From the NCBI GenBank assembly GCA_963714015.1, contig OY970223.1:2944001-3008000 (forward strand): DNA of 64,000 bases, written 5' to 3'. Position numbers and translations under genes: made by a program. Numbering within the stretch: the stretch's first letter is position 1; each line of letters opens with the position of its first letter. The notes under the pieces were generated by a model. That model searched no databases and was not told the origin of the DNA. It worked only from the letters and a program-made list of their open reading frames with translations. Shown one piece after another: positions 51,661-61,538 of this stretch. The stretch comes from Vulcanimicrobiota bacterium (lineage in GTDB: Bacteria > Vulcanimicrobiota > Vulcanimicrobiia > Vulcanimicrobiales > Vulcanimicrobiaceae).

Positions 51661-52740
51661 ATGCTGCTGCTGGGGATAGAAACGTCGTGCGACGATACTG
51701 CAACGGCGATCGTCGAAGACGGACGGCGCGTGCTCTCGAGCGTGTCGACGAATCAAGATGCATTTCATGCAAAGTACGGCGGAATCGTTCCGGAGATTGC
51801 CGGCCGCCGGCACGTGGCGCTGCTTTCCGCGGCGATCGAAGACGCCGTGGACCGTGCCGGCACATCGCTTGACGCCCTCGACGGCATTGCCGTAACGTGC
51901 GGCCCGGGTTTAATCGGAAGCCTCGTCGTCGGCGTTGCCGCCGCGAAGGCGCTCGCCTTTGCGACAAGCAAACCGCTTTACGGCGTCAATCACCTGCACG
52001 GGCATATCTTCGCAGCCTTTCTCGATCGCGACGACGTTCCGGAGTATCCATTCCTCGCGCTGCTCGTGTCGGGCGGTCATTCGCAGCTCGTCGAAGTGCG
52101 CAGTCCGCTCGACATGACGGTCATCGGCCGGACGCGCGACGATGCAGCCGGCGAAGCCTACGACAAAACCGCCCGTCTTTTAGGTCTCGGCTTTCCCGGC
52201 GGTCCGGCGCTCGACAAGCTGTCGCGCGGAGGGAACGCCGAGGCTTTCGACTTTCCGCGCCACCGGCCGGATCCCGGGACCCTCGACATGTCTTTCTCCG
52301 GTTTGAAAACCGCCGTTCGCTATTTCGTCGAATCTGAAGAAGGCGCCGGGGCCGCCAAAGCGGACGTCGCAGCATCGTTCCAAGCCGCGGTCGTCGACGT
52401 ATTAATGAAGCGCGTCGATATGGCGTTCCAGCGCGGTGGCTACACGTCCGTAGTTCTCTCGGGCGGCGTCGCCGCGAATTCGGCCCTGCAGCGCGCACTC
52501 CGCGACTGGAGCGCCCATAGCGGCGTCCCGGCCTTCATTCCGCCGCCAAAGTACTGCACCGACAACGCCGCGATGATCGCTGCGGCGGCTTTTTACCAAG
52601 GCGACGCGGTTCAAATCGATCCGCTCACGCTCAGCGCCGATCCCAACCTTCCCTTTGCCTTGGCCCCAGAGGGCGAAATAACGGTCGCCGACGTCGTTGC
52701 GATTCGCCGCTTGATGGAAGGCGACGCTTTCCGGTCCTAA
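51661..52740 (+). CDS. tsaD: tRNA N6-threonylcarbamoyltransferase
   Basis: LGIETSCDDT, GGIVPE, NHLHGH, VSGGHS, DDAAGEAYDK, CTDNAAM. Confidence 0.97.
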   Translation: MLLLGIETSCDDTATAIVEDGRRVLSSVSTNQDAFHAKYGGIVPEIAGRRHVALLSAAIEDAVDRAGTSLDALDGIAVTCGPGLIGSLVVGVAAAKALAFATSKPLYGVNHLHGHIFAAFLDRDDVPEYPFLALLVSGGHSQLVEVRSPLDMTVIGRTRDDAAGEAYDKTARLLGLGFPGGPALDKLSRGGNAEAFDFPRHRPDPGTLDMSFSGLKTAVRYFVESEEGAGAAKADVAASFQAAVVDVLMKRVDMAFQRGGYTSVVLSGGVAANSALQRALRDWSAHSGVPAFIPPPKYCTDNAAMIAAAAFYQGDAVQIDPLTLSADPNLPFALAPEGEITVADVVAIRRLMEGDAFRS

Positions 52741-53096
52741 TTCAATTGCGATTGCCAATCGGGAGGCACGCTGCCCTTGGGACCGGGCACCGGTTGATCG
52801 TGCGGATGCCAGCGAGGAGCGGCCAGCACCGGCCCGTCCAACGATTGTTGCGTCCGGTAATCGTAGAGCCAGGCTTCTCCCGGTTCGAAGCTCGCGATGA
52901 TCGGGTGACCCGTACTATGGAAATGGGCGGTAGCATGTCGTTTCGGAGAGCTGTCGCAGCATCCGACGTGTCCGCACTGCGCGCATCTGCGCAGATGAAA
53001 CCACCAGCCGCGTTCCGCCACACATTCCACGCACCCGGTTCCTGACGGTTTCGCGTTTACGTCTATGCCCTCGATGTCGCCGGTGCTCCGCTTCAT
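52737..53096 (-). CDS. UBP-type zinc finger protein
   Basis: CVEC...WFHLRRCAQCGHVGCCDSSPKRHATAHF..TGHP. Confidence 0.9.
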   Translation of the reverse strand: MKRSTGDIEGIDVNAKPSGTGCVECVAERGWWFHLRRCAQCGHVGCCDSSPKRHATAHFHSTGHPIIASFEPGEAWLYDYRTQQSLDGPVLAAPRWHPHDQPVPGPKGSVPPDWQSQLN

Positions 53097-53102
53097 ATCC
53101 CC

Positions 53103-54311
53103 TTATGCCATACAATTCGCAGGCTTGCAACTTTCGGCTGCAATCGAACTTTCGGCCGCGCGATCGAGAACGGTCAACAAGCGATCGATCTCTTCGCTGC
53201 CGATTATTAGCGGCGGCGCGAGCCGAATCGTGTTCCCGCCGGCCTTATTGAGCAACACGTGCTCGTCTTCCCGAGCGAAGCGTACGACGATCGCCGCGTC
53301 AATCTGAGGCTGAACGGGAAGACCGGCCAGCAGACCGATGCCGCGAGGCTCCCCATATACCTGCGGATGGTGAGCGTGTAATTGCTGCAGCCCTGCAAAG
53401 AGCTGCATCGACCGAACCGCAACCGTTCGTTCGAGCTGCAGTTCGTCGCGAATGCGCAAATGCGCCAGTGCAGCCGCGCATGGGATTGGAGATCCGCCGA
53501 ACGTACTGCCATGATCGCCCGGCTGCAAGCCGGGCGCAAACGCTTCGCGCACCAGCATCGCACCGATCGGCAATCCATTTGCCAGCGCCTTTGCAAGCGT
53601 GACCGCATCCGGAACGACGCCGTAATGCTGAAAAGCGAACAGCGGACCCAGCCGGCCCATGCCGCATTGCACCTCGTCGAAGATCAGCATTGCGCCGCGT
53701 TGCGTGCAAAGTGCCCGGGCCTCACGCAAAAATGCCGGATCCGCACAAATGACGCCGCTCTCTCCCTGCACGGGTTCGACGATGAACGCCGCCACCGATT
53801 CGTCCAGCGCTTCACGCAATGCGGTTAGGTCGTTGAACGCGGTCGTTCGAAAGCCGTCCGGGAGGGGCCCGAACCCTTCGTGATACGCCGGATTTGCGGT
53901 CGCGCTGAGCGACCCCATGGTTCGGCCGTGAAAGCCGCCGGTGCACGACAAGATCGTCGTGCGGTCGCGTTCGCCCCTGCGGTACGCCGACTTGCGCGCG
54001 AGCTTGATCGCCGCTTCGTTCGCCTCCGTTCCGGAGTTGCAGAAAAACGCGCGGTCGAGGCCCGAACGCCGCGAGAGCTCCTCTGCAAGCGTCGATGCCG
54101 GTTCGTGTCCGAACAAGTTGCTGCAGTGTACCAGGCGCTGCGCCTGTTCGGCGACTGCTCTTGCGATCTCCGGATGGGCGTGTCCGAGCGCGCATACCGC
54201 AATGCCGCCGATCGTATCCAAATACCGATGTCCGCGATCGTCAATGAGCGTGCATCCCTCGCCTGCAACGAAGGTAACCGGCGCGCGGCTGTAATTTTTG
54301 AGCAGGCTCAT
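53103..54311 (-). CDS. argD: Acetylornithine aminotransferase
   Basis: GIAVCALGH, NSGTEANE, FHGRT, EPVQGE, DEVQCG, AKALANG, HGSTFGG. Confidence 0.93.
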   Translation of the reverse strand: MSLLKNYSRAPVTFVAGEGCTLIDDRGHRYLDTIGGIAVCALGHAHPEIARAVAEQAQRLVHCSNLFGHEPASTLAEELSRRSGLDRAFFCNSGTEANEAAIKLARKSAYRRGERDRTTILSCTGGFHGRTMGSLSATANPAYHEGFGPLPDGFRTTAFNDLTALREALDESVAAFIVEPVQGESGVICADPAFLREARALCTQRGAMLIFDEVQCGMGRLGPLFAFQHYGVVPDAVTLAKALANGLPIGAMLVREAFAPGLQPGDHGSTFGGSPIPCAAALAHLRIRDELQLERTVAVRSMQLFAGLQQLHAHHPQVYGEPRGIGLLAGLPVQPQIDAAIVVRFAREDEHVLLNKAGGNTIRLAPPLIIGSEEIDRLLTVLDRAAESSIAAESCKPANCMA

Positions 54312-55534
54312 GTGCGATAACTCGCGTTGATTCGAACGTAGTCGCGGGATAGATCGCATCCCCAGCCCGTCGCAGAAGCGTCGCCCACTCCCAAGTCGAG
54401 TTGCACGGCAACCGCCGTGTGCTCGAGTTCGCGGTGCGCCTCGGCCTCGGACAGTATTTCCACGGCGCCGCGTCCCACCCAAACTTCGCCGTTCAGAAAC
54501 AGCGACCAGGAGTCCCCATCCATACCCGCGCGCGCCGAGCCCGCCGCCGCTACGATTCGACCCCAATTCGGATCCTCGCCGAACAGTGCGGTCTTTACCA
54601 AATTGCTGTTGATGATTGCGCGCGCGATGCAGCGCGCCTGAGCTTCCGAGTCCGCACTGCTGACCGTAACCGTAAGCGTTTTCGTAGCGCCTTCTCCATC
54701 CGCGACCATCGCCTGCGCCAAGTCGTCGCAGACCTTGCGCAGTGCGGCGCCGAAACCCGCCGGCGCGTCATCACCTGCGCCGGGCGCAAAAGCATAAACT
54801 GCGTCATTCGTCGACATGTCGCCGTCCACCGAGATCATGTTGAACGAACCGTCCGTACATTCGGTCAGATGCGCCTGCAGCGCGGCTCTGGACATCGGTG
54901 CGTCGGTCGCGATGAACGCCAGCATCGTCGCCATGTTGGGAGCGATCATTCCCGACCCTTTGGCGATGCCGCCGACCACGTATTTTTTCTCGCCGTCGTA
55001 AAACGCGTATGCCGCCAGCTTGGGAACGCGATCGGTCGTCATGATCGCCTCCGCTGCGTCGAAGGCCGCTTTACCGCCGGTCTCCAGATCGTTTGCCGCG
55101 CGCTCGAGTCCTTTGACGACGCGGTCGATGGGCAGCGGAACTCCGATTACGCCGGTAGACGCGACGATTACTGAGGCAATCGGGACGTTCAGCAGCGCCG
55201 CTGCCTGGCGCGCGGTAGAGCGCGCGTCGCGATAACCCCGCTCGCCGGTGCAGGCGTTTGCGCAGCCGGAATTGCAGACCAGCGCGCGCATCCGATCGCC
55301 GTTCGTTTCCAAATGCGCCGCGCTCACGACGAGGGGCGCAGCCTTGATCTCATTGGTCGTAATCGTGGACGCACAGACCTGATTTCCCTCGAACGCTATG
55401 ACGGCCAAATCGCGTTTACGCTTTTTGATGTTCGCGTGAACGCCGGCCAGCCGCACTCCGGGCACCGCGCCTATGCCACCGCGCAGCGCGACGAGTCTGC
55501 CCGCAGTTTTCTCTTTAGACGAAAGCTCGAGCAT
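54308..55534 (-). CDS. argJ: Ornithine acetyltransferase
   Basis: NSGCANACTG, STGVIG, AIMTTD, KGSGMIAPNMATML, DGDMSTND, DGEGATK. Confidence 0.96.
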   Translation of the reverse strand: MLELSSKEKTAGRLVALRGGIGAVPGVRLAGVHANIKKRKRDLAVIAFEGNQVCASTITTNEIKAAPLVVSAAHLETNGDRMRALVCNSGCANACTGERGYRDARSTARQAAALLNVPIASVIVASTGVIGVPLPIDRVVKGLERAANDLETGGKAAFDAAEAIMTTDRVPKLAAYAFYDGEKKYVVGGIAKGSGMIAPNMATMLAFIATDAPMSRAALQAHLTECTDGSFNMISVDGDMSTNDAVYAFAPGAGDDAPAGFGAALRKVCDDLAQAMVADGEGATKTLTVTVSSADSEAQARCIARAIINSNLVKTALFGEDPNWGRIVAAAGSARAGMDGDSWSLFLNGEVWVGRGAVEILSEAEAHRELEHTAVAVQLDLGVGDASATGWGCDLSRDYVRINASYRT

Positions 55535-56480
55535 CGAGTCCCACTCCTTCCGGGTAGCCGTACATCAGATTCAGATTGGCGAGTGCTTGCGTTGCGGCGC
55601 CGCGTCCCAGATTGTCGATCGCACAGATCGCCCGAACGACATTCCCTTGAACCGAAACGTGAAGCTCCGCGTCATGCGTGCCGCGCACGGCCGCCAAACT
55701 GGGCGCGCGTGTCGAGTCGAGAAGCCGGACTCCGAAACTGCACGCATAGGCGCGCGTATACGCCGCGTGAACGGACTCGGCGTCGATAAATCTTTCGAAG
55801 ACGGCATAGGCATCCACCAGCATTCCGCGGTCGATCGGCACGACGTGCGGCGTGAACGTCAGTGCGGCGTTCATGCCTGCCGCGCGCCACTCTTGCAGAA
55901 TCTCCCGTTCGTGGCGGTGGCCTTCCAAACCGTACGCGCGCACCTCTCCCGCGACCTCGGCAAAAAGCGAGCTGACCAAAGGCGTCCGTCCGGCGCCGGT
56001 TATGCCGCTTTTCGCATCGACAATGATTTGCGCAGGCGCGAACGGTGCCAACGGAAGCGTTGACAGCAGCGTTGCAGTCGGATAGCATCCCGGATTGGCG
56101 ACGAGCTGCGCTTCGGCGATGGCATCGCGATAGCGTTCGGCATAGCCGTAGACGGCCGGCGAAGGCGCGAGCCGGAAATCCGCGGAGAGGTCGACGACCT
56201 TCGCATCTCTTGCAAGCAGCGCTGGAGCCAAATCGCACGCTGCTCCGGCGTGACCCGCCAGCACGACCGCATCGCCGGGCAGCAACTCGCCGGCGATCGT
56301 TCCCGGCGGATCAAAGGCGCGATGCAAACTGCCCAGGCGCGGAAACTGCGCGCCGATCGGTTCGCCGGCGTGCGTGCCGCTCTCAATCGCACCGAGCACG
56401 AACTGCGGATGCGCCTCGACCAGCCGCACGATCTCCGAGCCGGCATATCCGGAGGCGCCGAATACGTGAATGCGCGTCAC
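55515..56480 (-). CDS. argC: N-acetyl-gamma-glutamyl-phosphate reductase
   Basis: GASGYAG, DLSADFR, ANPGCYPT, SGITGAG, IDNLGRGAA; GTG start at 56480. Confidence 0.93.
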   Translation of the reverse strand: MTRIHVFGASGYAGSEIVRLVEAHPQFVLGAIESGTHAGEPIGAQFPRLGSLHRAFDPPGTIAGELLPGDAVVLAGHAGAACDLAPALLARDAKVVDLSADFRLAPSPAVYGYAERYRDAIAEAQLVANPGCYPTATLLSTLPLAPFAPAQIIVDAKSGITGAGRTPLVSSLFAEVAGEVRAYGLEGHRHEREILQEWRAAGMNAALTFTPHVVPIDRGMLVDAYAVFERFIDAESVHAAYTRAYACSFGVRLLDSTRAPSLAAVRGTHDAELHVSVQGNVVRAICAIDNLGRGAATQALANLNLMYGYPEGVGLDARAFV

Positions 56481-57827
56481 TGCTGCAGGCTCGCAAGCTG
56501 CGCGCGCAGTTCGGCGATGCATCGCTCGACCGCGGAAGGGCTCGTCGAACCGCCCGTGCGCTTTCCCCGGACGGACGCTGCGGCATCGGGCCAATTCGAG
56601 CTCCCCTTTTCCCGCTTCGTGCGCCTGAATTGCCGCGCCCACGTGTGCGTGGGCCTTCCTGGCGCTCATTCCGCCCGCAATCAACGCGTCCGCGACGTCG
56701 GTCGCCACGGTATAATCCGTCTCCGCGCGAGCGTTCATCGCCTCGCGCACGAAGGTAACATGCGGCAGCGCATTCTTCAGCGCATTCAACGCGCAGAGGG
56801 ACGTCTCGACGATCTGCAGCACGGATTTCTTAGCGATCTGCAAGTCGCGATGGTACGAGAGGCCAAGGCCGCTGATGACTGCAAGCGCCCCGGCGTAGCG
56901 TCCGCAAAGATCCGCTGCCGTCCCGCGAATCAATTCGAACGGATCGGGGTTGCGCTTCTGCGGCATTAGACTGGAGCCGGTGGATGCAGCATCTCCGATG
57001 CGCGCGTAACCAAAGGCGGGCGCCGCCCAGACGATGAGTTCCTCGCACAGGCGCGATGCGCCGATCGAGGATCGCACGCACGCGTGCGTCAGGTTCAGCG
57101 CGGCATCGCGGTTTCCGATGGCGTCCATCGCGTTGATCGACGGACCGTTGAAACCCAGTTCGGCCGCCGCGCCGTCGCGATCGAGCGGTAAGGAAGATCC
57201 GGCCAATGCCGCGGATCCGAGGGGACACGATTCTTTAGCGTCGCGGAACGCTTCTCGAAACATCCGAGTGCTGCGGACGAAGGGCTGAGCAGCTGCGCAA
57301 AGCCAAAAGGCCAAGAGTACCGGCTGCGCCGGCTGCCAATGCGTCGTGCCGGCAACGAGCGTCCCGGCTTCGAGTTCCGCCTCGGCGGTACTCAGTAACT
57401 GATCCGCAATTGCCAGTGCAATTCCGCCGCCCGCTTGTGCGCGATCCGCGCAGTAGAGCAGCAGCGTCGTGGCCACCTGATCGTTACGGCTGCGCCCTGC
57501 ATGCAAGAGTTCCCCGGCCTCGGTTTCCAGCTCCCGAACGCGTGCATCGATGGCGCCATGCACGTCTTCGGCTCCGCTGCCGAAGGCGAACGGCCTAAAC
57601 GAACCGTCGGAGATTTCACCGGCCACGGTTCCGAGTGCCGCGCGGAGCGCCTTCGCGGCGTCGGCGCTGATGATGCCGCCGCCTTGCAGCGCCGTCACGT
57701 GCGCGAGCGAGCACTGCACGTCGAAGGGCGCAAGCAGCAGATCTTCGTCCATCGACGATCCGAAGCGCAGAAGCGCCTCGTCCGGAGCGCCGGCAAACCG
57801 CCCACCCCACTGAAGTCCGGCCGTCAT
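56477..57827 (-). CDS. argH: Argininosuccinate lyase (frameshift near 56595)
   Basis: WGGRF, EDVH, HAGRSRNDQV, TGSSLMPQKRNPD; corrected end ..ELRAQLASLQQ* overlaps argC start. Confidence 0.93.
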
Positions 57828-59050
57828 ACCGTGAGTCGATCGTTCTGCTTGGTGTGCGCGATCAATTCCAGCGGAAGACCGTGCAGCTTGATAAACCCTT
57901 CGGCCGCATGGTGATCGAAGAGATCGCCTTTGCCGTAGGTTGCGAGCGCCTCCGAATACAATCCGAACGGCGACTGCAGACCCGTAACGGCGGCGGTTCC
58001 TTGGTGAAGCACCATGCGGACATTTCCGCGCATACGCTGCGCACCGGCCGCATTGAACCCGTCGAGCGCTTCACGCAGCGGTGACATCCACAAGCCGTCA
58101 TAGGTCAGTTCCGCGTAACGCTGATCGCAGATTGCCTTAAAGCGCAGTTCGTCGCGCGAAAGCACGACGCGCTCCAGCGCCTGGTGCGCTTTGATAAGCA
58201 CCGTGCTCGCCGGACATTCATAAATCTCTCGCGATTTCAAGCCGATGACGCGATCCTCGAGCAAGTCGATGCGCCCGACGCCGTGCGCTCCGGCCAAACC
58301 GTTCAATTCCGCGACCAGCCGCCAGCCGTACAATCCCTCCCACGATGGAATGCCGTCATCGAATGCGACGACGATCTCGTCGGGCGCAGTTCGCCGCTTT
58401 TCGGGCGAAGCAGTCCATGCATAGGCGTCCTCAGGCGGCGAGTTCCACGGATTTTCCAACACGCCGGCTTCAATCGAACGCCCCCACAGATTCGCGTCGA
58501 TCGAATATGGCTTCTCTGCGGTGTGCGCGACCGGAATGCCGTTTGCGGCTGCAAAGGCGATCGCTTCGGGACGGGAAAGCGGCGATTCGCGCAGTGGCGC
58601 GCGGCAGGTCAAGTTCGGGTCCAAAGCGCGTACGCCTAACTCGATGCGAACTTGGTCGTTGCCTTTGCCCGTGCAGCCGTGCGCCACGAATTCGGCGCCG
58701 TACGCGTGCGCCGTTTCGACGAGCAGATGAGCGATCAAGGGGCGTGAAAGCGCCGCAGAAAGCGGATAGACGCCCTCGTACAGCGCGTTCGCCTGCAGCG
58801 CCCGAAACGCGAATTCGTCGACGAAGCGCGCCTTGGCATCGGCCAGAACCGCATCGCGGGCACCCAGCGCCAGCGCCTTCTCCTTTACGGCTTGCAGCGC
58901 ATGTGAGGCGCCGCCGCCCATAATCGCGTCACTTTCGCCGAGATCCGCGGTTAGCGCGATAACGTCGTATCCTTCCAAGGTCAGCCGCTTGAGCAGCACG
59001 GAAGTGTCCAAGCCGCCCGAGTATGCCAAAACAATGGTTTTGCGGTTCAC
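57824..59050 (-). CDS. argG: Argininosuccinate synthase
   Basis: LAYSGGLDTS, HGCTGKGNDQVR, YSIDANLWGRSIE, KSREIYE. Confidence 0.97.
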   Translation of the reverse strand: MNRKTIVLAYSGGLDTSVLLKRLTLEGYDVIALTADLGESDAIMGGGASHALQAVKEKALALGARDAVLADAKARFVDEFAFRALQANALYEGVYPLSAALSRPLIAHLLVETAHAYGAEFVAHGCTGKGNDQVRIELGVRALDPNLTCRAPLRESPLSRPEAIAFAAANGIPVAHTAEKPYSIDANLWGRSIEAGVLENPWNSPPEDAYAWTASPEKRRTAPDEIVVAFDDGIPSWEGLYGWRLVAELNGLAGAHGVGRIDLLEDRVIGLKSREIYECPASTVLIKAHQALERVVLSRDELRFKAICDQRYAELTYDGLWMSPLREALDGFNAAGAQRMRGNVRMVLHQGTAAVTGLQSPFGLYSEALATYGKGDLFDHHAAEGFIKLHGLPLELIAHTKQNDRLTV

Positions 59051-59508
59051 TGATTCCCCCGTAGATCGGCAAAACGTTGAACGATGACCGGCGTTTGCTT
59101 CGGATCGGCCACGATGACCAAAATCGTGTCGTCGCCGCCGATCGTCCCGATGATCTCCGGCCACTGGGCTTCGTCGATGGCGGCAGCGACCATCATGGCG
59201 CTCCCCGGCGGCGTGCGCAGAACAATGAGATTCATACTGCTCTTGAGGTCGCGCACCAGCTCTGAAACCAGACGATGCAACCGGCTCGAGAACGCCTGCT
59301 CGGCAGCCGGAACGACATACTTGAACTGCTGACCGTTCGCGCCTTTGATCGGCACCTTTGCCAAACCCAGCTCCTTGATGTCGCGCGAGATCGTTGCCTG
59401 CGTCGTCTCGAATCCCTGAACGTCGAGCAGTTCCGCAAGCTCTTCCTGCGAACGCACGGGCCTCGTCGACACGAGCGTCAAAATGGCTCTTTGTCTTCGG
59501 TCCTTCAT
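59047..59508 (-). CDS. argR: Arginine repressor
   Basis: SQEEL, TQATISRDIKEL, GTIGGDDT. Confidence 0.96.
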   Translation of the reverse strand: MKDRRQRAILTLVSTRPVRSQEELAELLDVQGFETTQATISRDIKELGLAKVPIKGANGQQFKYVVPAAEQAFSSRLHRLVSELVRDLKSSMNLIVLRTPPGSAMMVAAAIDEAQWPEIIGTIGGDDTILVIVADPKQTPVIVQRFADLRGNQ

Positions 59509-59515
59509 GCTGCGA

Positions 59516-60487
59516 TCACACAACGTAGCCTTTCAAATCGGTCAGCAGCGCCACGAGAATCGCTTTTTGCGCGTGCATGCGGTTTTCGGCTTGATCGAAG
59601 ACGACGCTGCGCGGTCCGTCGATGACGCAAGCCGTCATCTCCTCGCCGCGATGCGCCGGCAGGCAGTGCATGAACACCGCATGCGGTGCGGCATGAGCGA
59701 AGAGCTCTTCGGTGACGCGATAGGGCAGTAGCGCCGCGTGATTGCGTTCCGTTTGCGCTTCTTCCCCCATCGAGGTCCACGTGTCGGTATAGATCGCGTC
59801 GACGCCTCGAACCGCGCGAATCGGATTGGAAAAAGCTCGCGCGGTACCGCCCTGCGGCCGGCCCATGGCGTTCAACTGTTCCAGGAAGGTTTCGCTGGGG
59901 CGATGCGAGAGCGGAGAACCGAAATGCACGTGCGCGCCGGAAAGCACCGCCGCTTGCGCGAGGGAACAGGCGACGTTGTTGCTCGCATCGCCTAAGAATG
60001 CAATGCGCAATCCGGGCAAGGTTCCAAAATGCGCCTGAAGCGTCAAGAGATCCGCAAGAGCTTGGCACGGATGCGCCTGCGCGGACAGCGCATTGATGAC
60101 CGGAACGCTCGAGGCGGCCGCAAAACGCTCGAGCGGTTCGTGAGCGTGCGTGCGAATTGCGATCGCATCGGCGTAACGCGAGAGAACTCGAGCGGCGTCT
60201 TCAGGCGATTCGCGGGTGCCGATTGCAAACTCGTTGCCTTGGGCGAATATGACGTGGCCGCCGAGCTGCGTCATCGCCACTTCAAAGGAAACGCGCGTGC
60301 GCAGGCTGGGCTTCTCGAACAGCATCGAGAGCGTTTTGCCGCGCAGCAGCGGCGCTTGTTCGGCCAAGCGCCGGCCCTTCAAATAATCCGCAAGCCGCAA
60401 AATCAGCGCGACCTCGCCTGCTGCCAAGTCGTCGACCGCGAGGAGGCTGCGGCCCCACAATGGGGGGGCTGGCGCAACTGCGTACAT
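59516..60487 (-). CDS. argF: Ornithine carbamoyltransferase
   Basis: FEKPSLRTRVSF, HPCQALAD, YTDTWTSMG, FMHCLPAHRG, QAENR. Confidence 0.96.
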   Translation of the reverse strand: MYAVAPAPPLWGRSLLAVDDLAAGEVALILRLADYLKGRRLAEQAPLLRGKTLSMLFEKPSLRTRVSFEVAMTQLGGHVIFAQGNEFAIGTRESPEDAARVLSRYADAIAIRTHAHEPLERFAAASSVPVINALSAQAHPCQALADLLTLQAHFGTLPGLRIAFLGDASNNVACSLAQAAVLSGAHVHFGSPLSHRPSETFLEQLNAMGRPQGGTARAFSNPIRAVRGVDAIYTDTWTSMGEEAQTERNHAALLPYRVTEELFAHAAPHAVFMHCLPAHRGEEMTACVIDGPRSVVFDQAENRMHAQKAILVALLTDLKGYVV

Positions 60488-60491
60488 ATGC

Positions 60492-60524
60492 TGTATATTT
60501 ATGCATATGCTGCATAAAATTGCA
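60492..60524. promoter_or_regulatory. Two ARG boxes in divergent argF/argB intergenic region
   Basis: TGTATATTTATGCA (60492-60505) and TGCATAAAATTGCA (60511-60524); argR in the cluster. Confidence 0.8.
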
Positions 60525-60532
60525 AGCGTCTA

Positions 60533-61312
60533 ATGCGGCTCGTCGTCAAGTACGGCGGCAGCGCCATGGACACGAATGCGGACGACGCTCTGCTCGAGGA
60601 AGTTTCCCTGCTACTCGGGTGGGGACACTCCGTAATCCTGGTTCACGGCGGCGGACCGGAACTGGATCGCGCGCTGGCCGATCGCGGTCTAACGTCGCGC
60701 CGTATCGACGGATTGCGTGTAACTGATCGAGACGCGCTGGAAGTGGCTGAGGCAGTTTTCTGCGCGACGGGCAACAAGCGGCTGGTTCGCGCATGCCTTA
60801 AGCGAGGAATTTCCGCGGTCGGAATCAGCGGACAGGACGGCGGCCTTCTGCGCGCTCGCCGCACGCATTCGCGCAAGGGCGACGACCTGGGCTTCGTCGG
60901 CGACATCGTTGCCGTCGACGCGCGCCTGTTGGAGGCGCTCTTAGAAGCCGGGTTCCTTCCGATCGTGGCGCCGATCGCCGTCGGCGAACGTGCCGAGTCG
61001 GCCTACAACGTCAATGCAGACACCGTTGCGGGCGCCATTGCGGGTGCAATCCATGCCGACGCGTACGTCGCGCTCACCAACGTGGAACGCGTGCTCGGCG
61101 ATCCCCGCAACCCGGCCTCCGCGATAGACGCGCTGAGCGTGCGCGATGCGCTCACGTTCGCCAGTTCGCAAGCGTGCGCGACGGGGATGCGTCCCAAGCT
61201 TTTCGCGGCAATCGACGCGGTGGTCAGCGGTGCCAAGCGCGCCTATATTTGCGCGGCGCGGCCCGGCGCTATTCAAGGCGCACTCGCCGGTAACGCGACC
61301 GTTATTGGTTGA
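60533..61312 (+). CDS. argB: Acetylglutamate kinase
   Basis: VVKYGG, VHGGGP, GLRVTD, GISGQDG, NVNADT, GMRPK. Confidence 0.95.
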   Translation: MRLVVKYGGSAMDTNADDALLEEVSLLLGWGHSVILVHGGGPELDRALADRGLTSRRIDGLRVTDRDALEVAEAVFCATGNKRLVRACLKRGISAVGISGQDGGLLRARRTHSRKGDDLGFVGDIVAVDARLLEALLEAGFLPIVAPIAVGERAESAYNVNADTVAGAIAGAIHADAYVALTNVERVLGDPRNPASAIDALSVRDALTFASSQACATGMRPKLFAAIDAVVSGAKRAYICAARPGAIQGALAGNATVIG

Positions 61313-61319
61313 CGCGGCC

Positions 61320-61348
61320 TTGACGCACCGCGACTCGCATGGTATGGT
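61320..61348 (+). promoter_or_regulatory. Sigma70 promoter of leader-hom-metX transcript
   Basis: TTGACG-17 nt-TATGGT with TGn; predicted +1 falls at or next to ATG 61356. Confidence 0.75.
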
Positions 61349-61355
61349 TGCCGCA

Positions 61356-61433
61356 ATGTCGATTCAACTCGCGCGAATGTCGTGTACCCGCTGCCGTCAA
61401 ACTAGATGCGCAGACGCGCTTTGCATGACCTAA
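61356..61433 (+). CDS. Putative leaderless leader peptide MSIQLARMSCTRCRQTRCADALCMT (25 aa)
   Basis: 4 Cys, 3 Met, 3 Thr; 3' end complementary to the sequence entering the terminator. Confidence 0.7.
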   Translation: MSIQLARMSCTRCRQTRCADALCMT

Positions 61434-61457
61434 TTCGGCGAATCGCCGAAGATGCAG

Positions 61458-61486
61458 AGCCCCTTGCGCAGCGAGGGGTTTTTTAT
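61458..61486 (+). terminator. Attenuator terminator upstream of hom
   Basis: AGCCCCTTGC-GCA-GCGAGGGGTTTTTT. Confidence 0.85.
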
Positions 61487-61538
61487 TTGTACCAACGTTA
61501 GCGTTCCTCGCTTTCCCATCGCAACAGGAGGCCGGAGG

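Noticed and set aside
55515..57827. Apparent ArgH-ArgC fusion (770 aa)
   Set aside because: Removing one base near 56595 gives a normal ArgH C-terminus whose TGA overlaps the argC GTG; likely an indel artefact.
61350..61490. SAM riboswitch or T-box upstream of hom-metX
   Set aside because: No SAM-I core or T-box (TGGNACC) motif visible and too short for a T-box; a uORF attenuator fits better. An Rfam scan would settle it.
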